Below, piece after piece: positions 1 to 16,900 of a stretch of DNA of 64,000 nucleotides; within the stretch, counting starts at the first letter, position 1, and each line of letters begins with the position of its first letter. The position numbers and the translations under genes are program-made. The stretch lies in NCBI RefSeq assembly GCF_009914755.1, contig NC_060942.1; one strand, given 5' to 3'. This DNA is from the human T2T-CHM13v2.0 reference genome, Homo sapiens. The notes below the pieces were generated by a model. The model had not been told where the DNA came from and searched no databases. It saw only the letters and a list, made by a program, of their open reading frames with translations.

Positions 1-200
1 CTAGATGGCATAACCTACTACAGACCACATTGTGTGGTATGGCCTATTGCTCCTAGGCTTCAAACCTGTACAGCATGTTATTGTACTAAATACTGTAGGC
101 AATTGTAACAAAATGGTATTTGTGTATCTACACAGATCTAAACAGAGAAAAGGTACAAAAAAATACAGTTTCATAATTTTATGTGACTACCACTGTATTA
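1..200 (+). mobile_element. Tigger3/Golem-derived (MER7A/Tigger3a-like) non-autonomous DNA transposon, partial
   Basis: ctagatggcataacctacta...gcctattgctcctaggcttcaaacctgtacagcatgttattgtactaaatactgtaggcaattgtaac matches the recalled Tigger3a consensus. Confidence 0.8.
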
Positions 201-329
201 TGCTATGATACGTTATGTGGTGTATTAAGATATATAAGCATAAATAATATTTTATAGTGGAAACAAATTATAAAATAAATAAAATTTATAATTGTGAAAA
301 GAGAAGACGTAGGCTTGAACTTAATAAAA

Positions 330-735
330 GTTGTTTATAGCCTCCTTAAAGAAAATTAAATTATATTAACAAGTGTTATTCTCATGGATTAGGACACTTA
401 ATATAGTCAAATTGTCAATTATCTTGAAATTGATCTAAAGATTCAATACAATCACAATAAAAATTGTAGCATTTTTTTTTATTTGTGAAAAATTTAAAGC
501 TGATTCCAAAACATGCAGGAAGATGCAAAGGGCAAAGACAGATAACACCACGTTAATAAATAACAATATTGAAGGCCATACACTACCAGTGAATCTTTTT
601 TAAAAATAAAAATAATTAAAACTGTGGTGTTAGAGCAAAACTGATAAACAAACGATACAAAGTAGAGTCCAGAAACAAAAAAAGTACAGTCAATTGATTT
701 AATGTAAAGATTACACACTAAAATTATAAAGAACT
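330..735 (+). mobile_element. Old L1M ORF2 fragment
   Basis: Degenerate L1 ORF2 (ctcatggattaggacacttaatatagtcaa...gattcaatacaatcacaataaaaat...aagctgattccaaaa). Confidence 0.7.
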
Positions 736-739
736 ATAT

Positions 740-1215
740 TTTTTTTGAAATAACTTTAGTTTCACTTACAGTTATAAGAAATAATACAGAAAGATTCCAT
801 GTAGTCCTTACAAAGTTTCATCTGATGCTAACATCTTGAAAACTATATTATAATATCACATCCCAGATGTTAGAGCAATATAGTCAAGAGACAGAACATT
901 TTCATGACTATGAAGATCACTTCTATCGCCCTTTCATAGCCAGACACACTGCCCACCTTTCCTTTCTAACTGCTGGAAACCACTAGTCTTTTCTCTATCC
1001 CTATAATTTTGTTACTTCAAGAATGTTATATAAATACAATCATACAGCATGTGACCTTTGAGATTGGCTTTTCTCATTCAGCATAAGTTTCTGGCGATTC
1101 ATCCAAATTTGGGGGTTTATCAATAGTGTCTTCTTTTTTCATTGCTGAATAGTAGTTCATGGTATAGATGAAGGACAATTTGTGTACCTAATCACTGACT
1201 GAAGGACATCTGGTC
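740..1215 (-). mobile_element. L1MC-type 3' UTR fragment
   Basis: gaatgttatataaatacaatcatacagcatgtgacctttgagattggcttttctcattcagcata... is typical antisense old-L1 3' end. Confidence 0.65.
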
Positions 1216-1360
1216 ACAGTATCTCATGGTAAAAAATGATAATACTTTATTGGAGATGAAGAGTAGTGAACTTCAGGTAAATTTTAGAGTTACAACCAAC
1301 AAGGCTTGTCAAAGCATTAGCTGTGGGAACTGAGAAAAGAGATACAAATTGCTCGTTTTT

Positions 1361-1704
1361 TTTTTTGTTTGTTTAATTTTTTTGTTTTTTGTTTTTGTTT
1401 TGTTTTGTTTTGTTTTGTTTTGAGACAGAATCTTATTCTGTTTCCCAGGCTGGAGTCCAGTAGCATGATCTCAGCTCATTGCAACATCCGCCTCCTGGGT
1501 TCAAGGGATTCTCCTGCCTCAGCCTCCTGAGTAGCTGGCACTACAGGCATGCACCACCATGCTCGGCTAATTTTCGTGTTTTTAGTAGAGATGGGGTTTC
1601 ACCATCTCAGCCAGGCTGATCTTGAACTTCTGACCTCAAGTGATCTGCCCACCTCAGCCTCCCAAAGTGCTGGGATTGCAGGCATGAGCCACCGTGCCTG
1701 GCTC
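1361..1704 (-). mobile_element. AluS element with (TTTTG)n-degenerated tail
   Basis: Full dimeric Alu in antisense; TSD caaattgct(c/a)gttttt at 1345-1360 and 1705-1720. Confidence 0.95.
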
Positions 1705-3744
1705 CAAATTGCTAGTTTTTTAGCACTGGGAGAGGAGTTGCCTTTCTTGTGTAGAGTTGATGCTGCTGCTATTACTGAGTTTTGAAGACTGAGAAAAAAG
1801 CAATTCAGCAAAAATTAGTGGAAAAACGTTTTGATACATCTTAAGAGTGATACCAGCAAGATGACTGACTAGAGCTACTTGATTCTTATTCCCCCCAACA
1901 AAAAGGGGCCCAAACAAAAAATAACTATATTTCAACTGGAGTGACTGCAGTTGTATGCTGGAGAGTACCATGGGAAGGGTAAAATCTCTATGGAGTGTGG
2001 AAACCCAGAATAGCACCATACAGAGGGGAGTGAGGCATTTTGCCTCTGCCACATTCTCTACCCTACAAGGTTCAGCTCAAAGTCAGGGAGGACCTCTTCC
2101 TATGCGGGAAAAGTAAGCTGGAGATTCCCAACAGTCCTCATTACCACCACGAATGCCAGGAATCCTTGCTATAGGAGAGCCCTTCAATCCTCACAGGCCC
2201 CAAATCCTGTCTAGAGATTTAGCTGGGAGTTTGTGCAGCTGCATTTAAGAAGACGGAGGTCATATGAAACATGGTTTCAGACCACAGTGGCCTAAAACTA
2301 GAAGTCAGCAAAACAAAAAGCTTTGGAAACCTTACAAATATATAGAAATTAAATAATATGTTTCTAAGTAACCAATGGGTCAATAAAGAAATTAAAAGGC
2401 AAATGAAGTAATTCCTTGAGACAAATGAAAATGGAAACACATCATGCCAAAACCTATAGGACACAGCAAAAGCATTTATAAGAGGAAATCTAATCGCAAT
2501 AAACACCTACATCAAAGAAACAGAAAGTTTCCTAATAAACCACCTAACCATGCACATCAAAGAACGAGAAAAACAAGAACAAACTAAACCAAAAGTTGGT
2601 AGAAGAAAGGAAATAAAGCTGAGAGCAGAAATAAAGGAAAGAGACTGTAAAAAACAATTCAAAAGATCCACAAAACTGTTTTTTTTGAAAGAATAAAGAA
2701 AACTGATAAACTTTTAGGTAGAATAACAAAAAAGAGAAAAGACACACATAAATAATATCTGATAAAAAAATGAGACATTACAACTGATAACACAAAAATG
2801 CAAAGGATCATGTTTACTATGAACATACACACACCAACAAATTTGAGAACATAGGAGAAATAGGTAAATTTCTGGACAAATAAAATCCACCAAGATTAAA
2901 ATATGAATAGAAAATCTGAACAGAACAACGAGTGAGGCAATTAAATAAGCAATAAAAAGGATTTCATTATATAAAAAGACCAGGACCCGATGGCTTCACC
3001 ATTGAAATCTACCAGGCACTTAAAGAACTAATACCAATTCTACTCAAAATAGTCATGGAAATTGAAAAGGAAGGGATAATTTCAAACTCATTTTAGGAGA
3101 CTACGATTACCTTAATTCCAAAACCAGGCAAATCACCACCAAGAAAAAGAAAATTACAAGCTAATATCCCTACAGAACATAGATGCAAAAATCCTCAAGA
3201 CACTAGCAAATCAAATTCAATAGCACATCACAAAGATTATTTACAATGATCATGTAAGTTTCACCCCAGGGATACAAAGATGATTCGACACATGCTAATC
3301 AATAAATGTGATACTTTAACAACAACAAAAAAACTATACAATCATTTGAATAAATGCAGAAAAAGCATTTGACAAAATTCAACATCCCTTCATAATAAAA
3401 ACTCTCAACCAATTAGTTCTAAAACATATATACCTCAACACAATAAAGGTCATGTATGACAAACCCACAGCTAAAATCATACTGAATGAGGAAAAGCTCC
3501 TTAACCAAGGAGATGAATGGTCTCTATAATGAAAGCTATAAGATCAGGAACAAGACAAGGATGTCCACTTTTATCATTCCTATTCAACATAGTATTAGGA
3601 GTCCTAGCCAGAAAGATTAAATAAAATAAGTAAATAAACATATACAAATCAGAGAGGAGAAAGTCAAATCGTTCCAGTTTGCAGGTGACATAAACTAAAC
3701 TTATACAGAGGAAACTCCAAAGACTTTATCAGAAACCTGTAAGA

Positions 3745-4040
3745 TATGGTGGTTCATGCCTGTAACCCCAGCACTTTGAGAGGCTGAGACAGGGGGATGA
3801 CTTGAGGTCAGAGTTGGAGACCAGCTTGGCCAAAATGGTGAAACCCCATTTCTACTAAAAATACAAAAAATTAGCGTGGTATGATGGTCCGGTGCCTGTA
3901 ATCCCAGCTACTCAGGAGGCTGAGGCAGGAGAATGGCTTGAACCCAGGAGACAGAGGTTGTGGTGAGCCGAGATAGCTCTACACTACACTCCAGCCTTGG
4001 CAACAGAGTGAGACTGTCTCCAAAATAATAATAATAATAA
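3745..4040 (+). mobile_element. AluS with (TAA)n tail, inserted in L1MA
   Basis: Dimeric Alu; TSD core ctgtaaga at 3737-3744 and 4043-4050. Confidence 0.93.
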
Positions 4041-5038
4041 TTCTGTAAGAACTAATAAACAAATTCAGTAAAGTCACAGGATACGGAAATCAGTAGCATT
4101 TCAATATGCGAATGGTAAACTATCTGAAGAAAATAATTTCACCTAGGATAGCCACAGGAAATAAAAAACCCACTAGGAATAAACCGAACCAAAGAGGTGA
4201 GAGATCTCTATACTGAAAATTATAAAACATTGATGAAAGAAATTGAGAAAACACAAATAAAGGGAAATGTATGCCAGCTCACAGATGGGAATAATTATTA
4301 TTAAAATGGCCTCCTACCAAAACAATATACAGATTTAATGCAATCTCTATGAAAATATCAAAGACATTCTTCACAGAAATAGAGAAACATACTACTAAAA
4401 TGTATACAGAACTACAAACAATCCCAAATAGCCAAAGCAATTCTGAACAAAAAGAACAAAGTTGGAAGCATCACACTACCTGACTTCAAAACGTAGTACA
4501 AAGCTTTAGCAACCAAAACAGCATGATACTGACATAGAAACTGACACATAGACCAATAGAATAGAATAGAGAGCCTAGAAATACCGTAAATTTATGCACG
4601 TATAGCCAATTGATTTTTGGTTTTTGACAAAGGGGCCAAGAACACATATTGGAAAAAAGACAGTCTCTTCAGTAAATAGTGCTGAAGAAATTAGATATCC
4701 ACATGTGGAAGAATGACTAGACCCCTACCTCACCATATATAAATATAAATTAAAAATGGGTTAAAGGCTTACATATAAAATCCAAAACTATGAAACCACT
4801 ATAAGAAAACATCGGGGAAACACTTGACAACACTGGGCCGGACAAGGGTTTGTTAACCAAGAACTCAAAGGCATAGGCAACAAAATCAAATACAAATAGG
4901 ACTACCTCAAACTAAAAAGCTTTTGCACAGCAAATGAAACAGTGAACAGAGTGAAGAGACAACCTACAGAATGGGAGAAAATAATTGCAAACTATACATC
5001 TGACAAGGGTTTAGAATCCAGAAGATATAGAGAACTTA

Positions 5039-5356
<318 letters not shown>

Positions 5357-6449
5357 TTAAAAAATGGGCAAAAGATTTGCATAGGCATTTCTTTGAGGAC
5401 TGACATTCAAATGGCCAACACGTACATGAAGAAATGCTTAACATCACTCATCATCAGGGAAATGCAAATCAAAACCACATATGAGATAACACCTCACTCA
5501 AATTAGAATGGCTGTACTCTAAAAGGCAAAATAAAGCAAGTGTTGGTGAGAATGTGGAGAAAAGGGAACACATAAACACTGTTGATGGGATTGTAAATTA
5601 GTACAGCCATTAGGAAAAAAAACGGTATGGAGATTCCTCAAAAAAATTAAAAATTGGAGCTATTATGAGCCACAATCCTACTGCTGGATGTGTATCCAAA
5701 TGAATAAAATAAATATGTTGATGAGATATCTGCCCCTCCATGTTTTTGTAGTGCTACTTACAATAGCCAAATATAAAATCGCCCAAAATGTCTAACAACA
5801 AATAAACACACAAAAAATATGGTTTATATACACAACGGAATAGTATTTAGCCATTAAAAGAATGAAATTCTGTCATTTGTAACAACATCGATGAATGTGA
5901 AAGACATATTAAATGACATAAGCCAGACACAGAAAGACAAATACTACATGCTCTCACTCATATGTAGAATCTTAAAAAAAAAAAAAAGTTGATGTCATAG
6001 AAGCAGAGTGTAGACATTTACCAGGCTACCAGAGCCTGGGGATGAGTGAAGGGATGAGAAGGATAGTCAGATAGCCAGTGGGTTCAAATGGGTAGAAAGT
6101 TACAATTAGAAAGAATAAATTCTGGTGTTTTATTGCACAGTGGGGGTGATAATGTTTAACAATAAGGTATTGTATATGATAAAATGGCAAGAAGAGAGCC
6201 TTTTGAAAGTCTTCACAACAAAGAAATGATAAATGCATGATAAATGATAAATATTCTGACTTGATCATTATATAACATATATGTATATCAAGACATAAAG
6301 TTTTACCCCATAAATATGTATGACAATCTGTCAATTACAAAAATAAAAATAAAATAAAATTCCTAAAAAGTGAATAAAAATGTTATTTTGTATGTAACTT
6401 AGATGTTTATTTTATATCCAAAAAGATGTTTCTACTTTAGTGTAATTAA

Positions 6450-6625
6450 CCTAGCTGTTCTTTGTTAGAAAGGCCCTCTGACTTTTGCATAACTGGTTCT
6501 TCTTATTTAGGTCTCAACTTATATCTCACCTTCCCAAAGACCCTTTCTCTAACCACTACTCTAAAGTAGCTACTCATTTACTCTCCATTATCCTGTGGTA
6601 ATTTTCTAGATAGCTTTATTGCTGC
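6450..6625 (+). mobile_element. L2 fragment
   Basis: ggtctcaacttatatctcaccttcccaaagaccctttctctaaccactactctaaagtagc resembles the L2a 3' region. Confidence 0.55.
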
Positions 6626-8298
6626 AGATACTATCTGGTACTTGAGATAGTATATGCTGAACAAGAGTAAGACTTCAAATAGTGTTTAACACCTAATAGA
6701 GGCCTAATGTAAATATTTATGCAGTGAAGGAACATTGCTGGACACATAATCTAGTAGATGTGTAGAGCTGGAGACCAATAGGTATTATCAGAGATGATAA
6801 TACTTACATTACGTATTTATTAGGATTAGCAGTAATGAATGACAATTTCTTGGCAGTATTTGGCACATGGTGGCACTCTGTGAATGGCAGACAAAATGAT
6901 CATTTCTACTAACATGGGCTACCTAAGCAATTTTGCCTTTTCAGTTAGCAAATTGTGTGACATCAGCTATTTAAAGAAAGGGAATATTTGGTATTGGAAT
7001 AAATATTTGGAATAAAGAAGGGTACAGTATTTTCTTTTAGTAATAATAATGAAGTCCATCTGTGTTTACATAACTAAACTTGAATGTGTTCATTTTGCTT
7101 CTCCTGAATTCAGTCTAAAAAAACACAGGCTTATCATAATAGACATCAGAAATATTAACTAAACACACAAAAAAATGCACATTAAAACTAATGACTGAAA
7201 CTGGCATTGAGATATACAACACAGTCACTTATGCAACAGTGGAGCAGCTGCCTTTATGTTGTGTGCTCTGGGACCTATGCAATAAGCCCGAATTGCCAAT
7301 ACCTAGGTTGTGTTACTTCCTTATCCTGTTAATTTTCTGGATATTAGTTGTTGGTAATCACACTCCTTTTGATTGTTTTATATCCATTATGAAGCAATAT
7401 CATGCCAGATTGATCTGTCATTTATAGGGTGATCAAAGGGAATGAAATGAGCAATTTTGAATGTTGAACAGCAAGGCTGTGTAGAGCTGAAGCTTTGCTA
7501 GGACTCTGGTCTTGTGCGTCATCATAATTATGATTATTTACAAGCTTTCTGAATGATCCCATGGCGATCTTGGGGTGGGCACTTTATTTTTTGTCATTAA
7601 GATAGAAGTTGTAATACTGAAAGCATCTTTTTCCCCCTGTCTTTGGCCTCCTGTTACCACCCTATATCAGAACCCCTCAACTTGTTAAAGGTTTGCTTTT
7701 AAAATGGAAATAGGGGTGCACTTAAAGCATTTGGAGAAAATCATGTTGTCTCTGTCCTAGAAAAATATTCCCTCTACAAGGAGGAAAAATCTCTCTGGAG
7801 ACTACATTTTTCAATTCTGGAGGGTCGCATGTTTGAAATGTTAATATGATTTTACGGATGAAAACTTTACCTGCAAAACATTTCTAAAATATGTGCCTGT
7901 CAAATTTATTTTTCCCCTAGAGGCAGTCCTCCCCACACATCAAAGGCAGCTCCTCTCTTGGAGACAGCCCTCTGCAATGAAGGAAGTGAGACTTTCTGTT
8001 ACAAGGATACATGGCTCACACTGTTCGATTATCGTAAACTCTCCATTATCCAGTGTTTAGAGAGAGAATAATCCAAAAACCAATTCTTCTTATGAAGCAT
8101 TTCCTTAGAATATTTGTATTATACCATTGTGATCTTGGAAATGTCCATCTCTCTGGTTTAGACAGACCAAAATACATTCATTTTCTTCCTGACCTTATAT
8201 AGCCCCAATCATTATAAGAATGCAACTTCTCTCAAGATGCTGCAAAGCAAATCTATAGAAAATAGCTGAGCCATATGAATAATGGCAATGAACTAGAG

Positions 8299-8406
8299 CA
8301 GTAATTTTCATACCTTACAGGGCAGTGGATCAATATCCACTGGAAGGTAAGTTCCCAGGTGAGGCTGATGCTGCTGACCCAGGGACCACACTTTTAAAGG
8401 CATTGG
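8299..8406 (-). mobile_element. MER5A (hAT-Charlie) with internal deletion
   Basis: aagttcccaggtgaggctgatgctgctgacccagggaccacacttt matches the MER5A terminus. Confidence 0.75.
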
Positions 8407-9600
8407 TTGGGAGTGAAAATCTACAGTCTGTCTCTGCTGCAATTCCTTCTTGTAGTTCCACTTCACTGTGGTGTCTGCTGTGCATTAGTTCAGAGTATTC
8501 ATCTTTTACTGGAATTATTTTACATGGATTCTCATTGGAATAAAGTCCAGTGAGTCTTTGTTGCTTGCAACCCAAACTGAATGAAAGTAAAAAGACACCG
8601 TCTCCTTAAAAAAAAAAAAAAAAAATCGCTTACAGAGTAACTACTCTGTGTATATACATTTTCATGTGTGTGTGTTATAGAAGTTACAAAATAGTCAGAA
8701 GTCTGGTCTCAGTCCTGTTTAGGTTTATAGTTTTAATGTAGGGCAGCAGGGATCTTTGAATGTGTCTTTTCTTCAATTTCTTTGTGGTCAAATTCAAGTT
8801 GGAAGTAACTAAATAGTAACAACCACATTTATGTCAAGGTAGTAAGAAGGTGGAAGAGCCAAGTAAATTTGAGAAAATCATTCTTAACCTTTCCCTTCAT
8901 TCAGCTCAAACCTATACAATAGTAATTTTCCCCAGCCCTTTCTACTCTCCAGGGTAAGTACTAGGGAAGAGGCTGATGCCACTATGCATTACTTTACATG
9001 AGAAGAATCAAATTTTACACTGGTGAGATATTGAGATCCTGACACTGGTACTCAATCTTCTACATTTCTCTATTGGCTTACATCAGTTGTCAAAGGTTGT
9101 GGATCATGTATTGTCTACTTTCCTAACACATGTCTTCTGCTGGTTTGTTTGTATTTGGTGTGGGGATGGGGGAGTGAAATATGAAGCTGCGTTACCCTTC
9201 AAAGTCAGCTCTTCCTCCTGTGATTCTTGATGCCTAGACTAGGAATGTGGGTGAGAGAAAGTAGGACAGCCATATTTTAGGGACTCAAGTCGAAACTGTG
9301 TTTGCTAGTCTCAATAAGTAAAGACTCTGTAATCACTGTGACCTCTTTGTTGTATATATGACTTGACTTCATCTAGCTCCAGGTGAAAATATTAGTCTCA
9401 TTGAAAAAAAAAATCCTGTGAAATATGGGAAGTTATTGGACTTTTAGAATTTGGGCTGGCAAATGTTGAGAGTAAAGCTAGAGAAGAGCCATCCTGGGAG
9501 GTATCTTGAGGCCAGGCATCCAGTTTCATGCAAGGAAAAACCAACTAGTACAAGGAAGGTGACGTGAGTGACACCAGGCTGGATATTCACAATCCAGGCT

Positions 9601-9888
9601 CATAAACATCCTTCTACTGTACAAAATAAACAGAATGAATAAGACCTACTCTATATATTATAGCACTATATGGTGACTATAGTTAATAATAGTCATACAT
9701 TTTAAAATAGCTTGAAGAGTGTAATTGGATTATTTGTCTCTTACAGGATAAATGTTTGAGGGGATGGATAACCTATTCTCCATGATGTGCTTATTTCATG
9801 TATATTTTGCATGGCTGTATCAAAACATCTCACATACCCCAACAAAATACATCCTTTCTACCCACAAAATTAAAAAATAATAATAAAA
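9601..9888 (+). mobile_element. Short 5'-truncated L1MA1/2-type 3' end
   Basis: agaatgaataagacctact...ggataaatgtttgaggggatggata...gtatcaaaacatctcacatacccc plus A-rich tail; flanking aatccaggct / aatccagact TSD-like pair. Confidence 0.8.
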
Positions 9889-11852
9889 TCCAGACTAGGC
9901 ATCCAGGCTTGGGAGCTCTACCCTGGTAACAAGAGCATCATCTATCTGAGGAGCATACACATTGTTGAAAGAATTTTGTCTGAGGATAAAGCATAAGACC
10001 ACAGAAATAAAAGTCCCAGCCTAGAGGCATGGAGAGAAGAGAGGAGGAGGAAGTAATAATGAAGGTAGAAGGAAGTGATGCTTACATCAGCAGTTATTTT
10101 GTTTGTTTCCTGTTCCATAGTATAACCTAGTGGCTTAGGGATATGTCCATATTTTCAAAGATTTCTCTAAGAACCAATATTTTTGTTTGTTTTATTTTCA
10201 TTTTATGTATATTTGTTGGTTTTGAGATGGAACAAGAGTTGTCTGCCACGTTCTAATACATTGATAAAAGTATTAATAGTTTGCTTTTTGTAATGTAATC
10301 TTGCCAGACCAAAAGTATTTTGTGTTTTGTTCAATTTTTTGTAAGTTCCATGTTTGCTTGTTTTGTGCTTATGAGCAAGAGTGAAAGTGAGAATGCAATA
10401 TTTTTCCAAAACCACCTAAGGGAAGAAATCACTGGATACAAATTATTGATTGCATGCCCCCCTAGTGGGCTTGTTATCCTATTGACAGTTTGTTCAAGAT
10501 CACAAATTAATGCTGTATCTTCTAGGAGAAATATGATAGTCATTCAATGTTGAGTAAATCCATATATTAAAGCCAAACATTGATAAATAATGTAGACCAA
10601 TAATCCCGAAAAGGCATATTTCCATATTTCCTGGAAGGGTGACAGCATGCTACTACTTTAATGGTTCTCACTATTGCCATCTCATATGTGTGAATGATGT
10701 TTCAGGGGTTAAGGCTCTGATTTATTAATTAGAATGCAGTTTTCAGTGTGCTAATATTACCCTGAGTTGAATGATAAGCACATATTTTATATATGAGGTT
10801 TGGCAATTGCAAAATATTTTAAGTCGAATTGAAATATGTAAAGCATGAAAATCTCTCAAAGGTATAGAGGATTCGGATCACTTCCTTACGTACTGGCAGC
10901 TTAAAAACAAAATTAGCATTTGTTTTATAAAGGATGAAGCAAAACAGAGTATTACTTTAAAAGCAACTTTTTTTTTTCTTTGCTTGGAGAGCTTCTTCCA
11001 TCTGCTGGCCCCTGCTCCCAACCCGAACTCAGAAATTTGAATCATGTTTCTTTTCTATGTATGTCCTTGTTCGGCAACAGCACCAGGCAAGGGTATTTTT
11101 TACACACATAACTCTTCTCTTTCATTCCTAAGGGAAACCTGCTCAATAAATCTCTCCTAATTAATAACCTTTATTTTTTCCTGAAAGTCCTCTATACAGG
11201 CCAAATGGGCAACCACTTTGTGTGTGTATGAGTTGCTTATTTTTTATTTTTTTAGTTTTTGTGAAGTCTATAGTTATTTCAATTTCAAAGTTCTCACCCA
11301 CCCCCTTATCTGTTTTTCATGGTTTGAATGTGCATATTATGTTTCCAAATTGTGAGACTAATGTTAGTGACATAAAATACACTTTCAAAACCAGGAAAGG
11401 CCTCAAACTTAGGGTTGGCTGTATTTCCTAGTACCAACTTCATAATGGAGCTCTCTAGTATGTAAGCGGATTAACTACTCATTGGTTGCCCTTCAAATGT
11501 TTGTATAGTGGAAAACATGATACCATCTGATGTCAACATGGCATAAAAATGAGGACAGATTATTTTATAGTGTTTAGATTTTGTTTTTGTCTCTTAAGTG
11601 TCAACAAAAAAACAGTAAGAAGCAATGACATGTTGGTTAAAAGAAGGTACTTTCTAACTCCACAGATGAGTAATCGGTGGGATTGTGATAAATAAAGATG
11701 AGAATTCCACCTGTGTCAACATTCTAGGGGAGTTGAGAAACTCTCTGTCCCCAAGCACAGGAAAAGTCTCCATGCTTCCTAAGAGTTGCATTTGTATTTT
11801 TCCATCTGCATAATTAAACTATCCTGTAACTCCGCACTAACATGGATGTTAG

Positions 11853-15017
<3,165 letters not shown>

Positions 15018-15401
15018 AAAAATCTGTGCCTCAGTATTACCCAAGGAGAGTTCAGAGTTATTTTCATTATACTCATGAAAGTTTCTGAGGATAATCCTCT
15101 TTTCTTTGGGTTGATAGATAAATGGGCAGCACCTTTCAGGCAGGTGTTCACCTTACAAAGAGAATCTCAAAAGCTGTTTTGCCTGACATTTCCATGTGAG
15201 GCAGTACTTTGGGTTGCCTTGGAAGTCTTAAGATCTTAGTCAGAGGGTGGTGCTGAATACATGCTTCTGGTGAGGCAATTTCTGTCTATATTCTTTTCTT
15301 CTTTGTGATTTCCCTTGTTTCATGGAAAGAGAAGAAATGGTAACAGCTACAAGCTTGGTCAATCAAGCAGGTATTTGAGACAATCTGTTTTCTGCTTAAT
15401 C

Positions 15402-15618
15402 ATATCCACAAATTAGCCCATGCAATTAAAAAATAGCCAAATGCTTTATATTTGATAAAGCCAAATGATTTATATTTGGTAAAAGACAAATAAAACACAC
15501 TATATATCCACAAATTAGCCCATGCAATTAAAATATCCGCAATTAACCCATGCAATTAAAAAATAGCCACCAAATGCTTTATATTTGGCAAAAGACAAAT
15601 AAAACACAGTATATATCC
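15402..15618. repeat. Complex local tandem repeat (module order A-B-B-C-A-A-B-C)
   Basis: atatccacaaattagcccatgcaattaaaa x3, ccaaatgctttatatttg x3, aaaagacaaataaaacaca x2. Confidence 0.9.
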
Positions 15619-15879
15619 TCCAAGAGTCTTCAGCTTATTGCAGAGTCTCAAAGGGAAACAAAAGCCACCCACCCACCTACCACCCCCACCCTCGCCACCA
15701 ACAGAGAGCTAGATATAGACAGAAGCAGTAGAAAAATACGATGGTAGTATAGTTAACTCTCTGTTGGACAGAGGTGATTTTACAGGGAAGGTGACGTATA
15801 AGCTGTACTTTGGGGGAACAAACAGCAGTTAGCAAGACAGGCATCAGGAAAAGAACAAGGAAAAAGGCTTTTTTATTTG

Positions 15880-16900
15880 AAAAAAATGTATTGAGCACAT
15901 GCTATGTGTTAGAAACTTTGTATAGAGTATAGAGCAGTGTGAATAAAACAAGGTCATTGGTTGCATGAAGTGTTCAGTCTGATGATAAGAAGATAAACCA
16001 TAAACATAATATATATCTATGACAGATAACAAGGTGGTCAGCAAAAGTTTCTACAATAAGAGGCCTTTAGAGCAGACAGGGAGGACATGTGAGAGTAAGA
16101 CATTGGGATGTCTGGAGGAAGAGCCTTCCAAGCAGAGAGCAGCAAGTGCAAAAGCTCTGTGGTAAACCTATTAATTTTCAAGGAAGAGCAATTGAACAGG
16201 GGAGAGTGATTGTAGATAAGGTCAGAATAGTAGTGAGAGGTAACGTCTTGTAGCACGTTAGACCTTTGTAACAACATTGGCTTTACAGTAAGATAAATGG
16301 AAAGGTGTAAGATTTTGGCAGAGGGAAGACATGCTATAACTCATATTTAAGTTGATCTCTCTTATTGCCATTCTAAGTTTAGTTTAAGCTATAGCAGGGG
16401 TAAAGATGGAACCAGGAAGTTCAGTTAGGAGGCAAGAAAACTGGAAATAATGTGGCACGTATGGGAAAACACAGTAGGTTAATATTCTGTTTAATCTAAT
16501 GTTCCTGGAGTGTAGAGGGCAATGAGGGAGAAAGGGAGACACTGAAAGTCTTGATCATCTTGATCTTGATTGGCCTCATGTGTTCTGCTACAGAGTTTGG
16601 ACTTCCTTGTCGATGCAGTAGAGATCACATACAAATTTTTTAATCGGGAAATGATATGGTTATTTGGGCATTTAAAAACATAATAGTGACATCTTTGTGT
16701 TGGATGAAGTCAATATGGAAGGCAGCGCTATTAGGTGGAAAGTGAGCACAGAAAAGAGAGACTAAATGAGTTAAAGATACAGCAGTGTGGAAGAAGAATC
16801 AGGGACTAATCTGAGAGATTTTAAGAAATTTGATTTTCTATGATTCAGCCATTGAACATAGGTTAGGGTTAAAGAGAAGGGACAGTGGAATTACATTCAA
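15880..16900 (-). mobile_element. L2 fragments
   Basis: aaatgtattgagcacatgctatgtg...ggaagagccttccaagcagagagcagcaagtgcaaaagctctgtggt is antisense L2. Confidence 0.75.
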
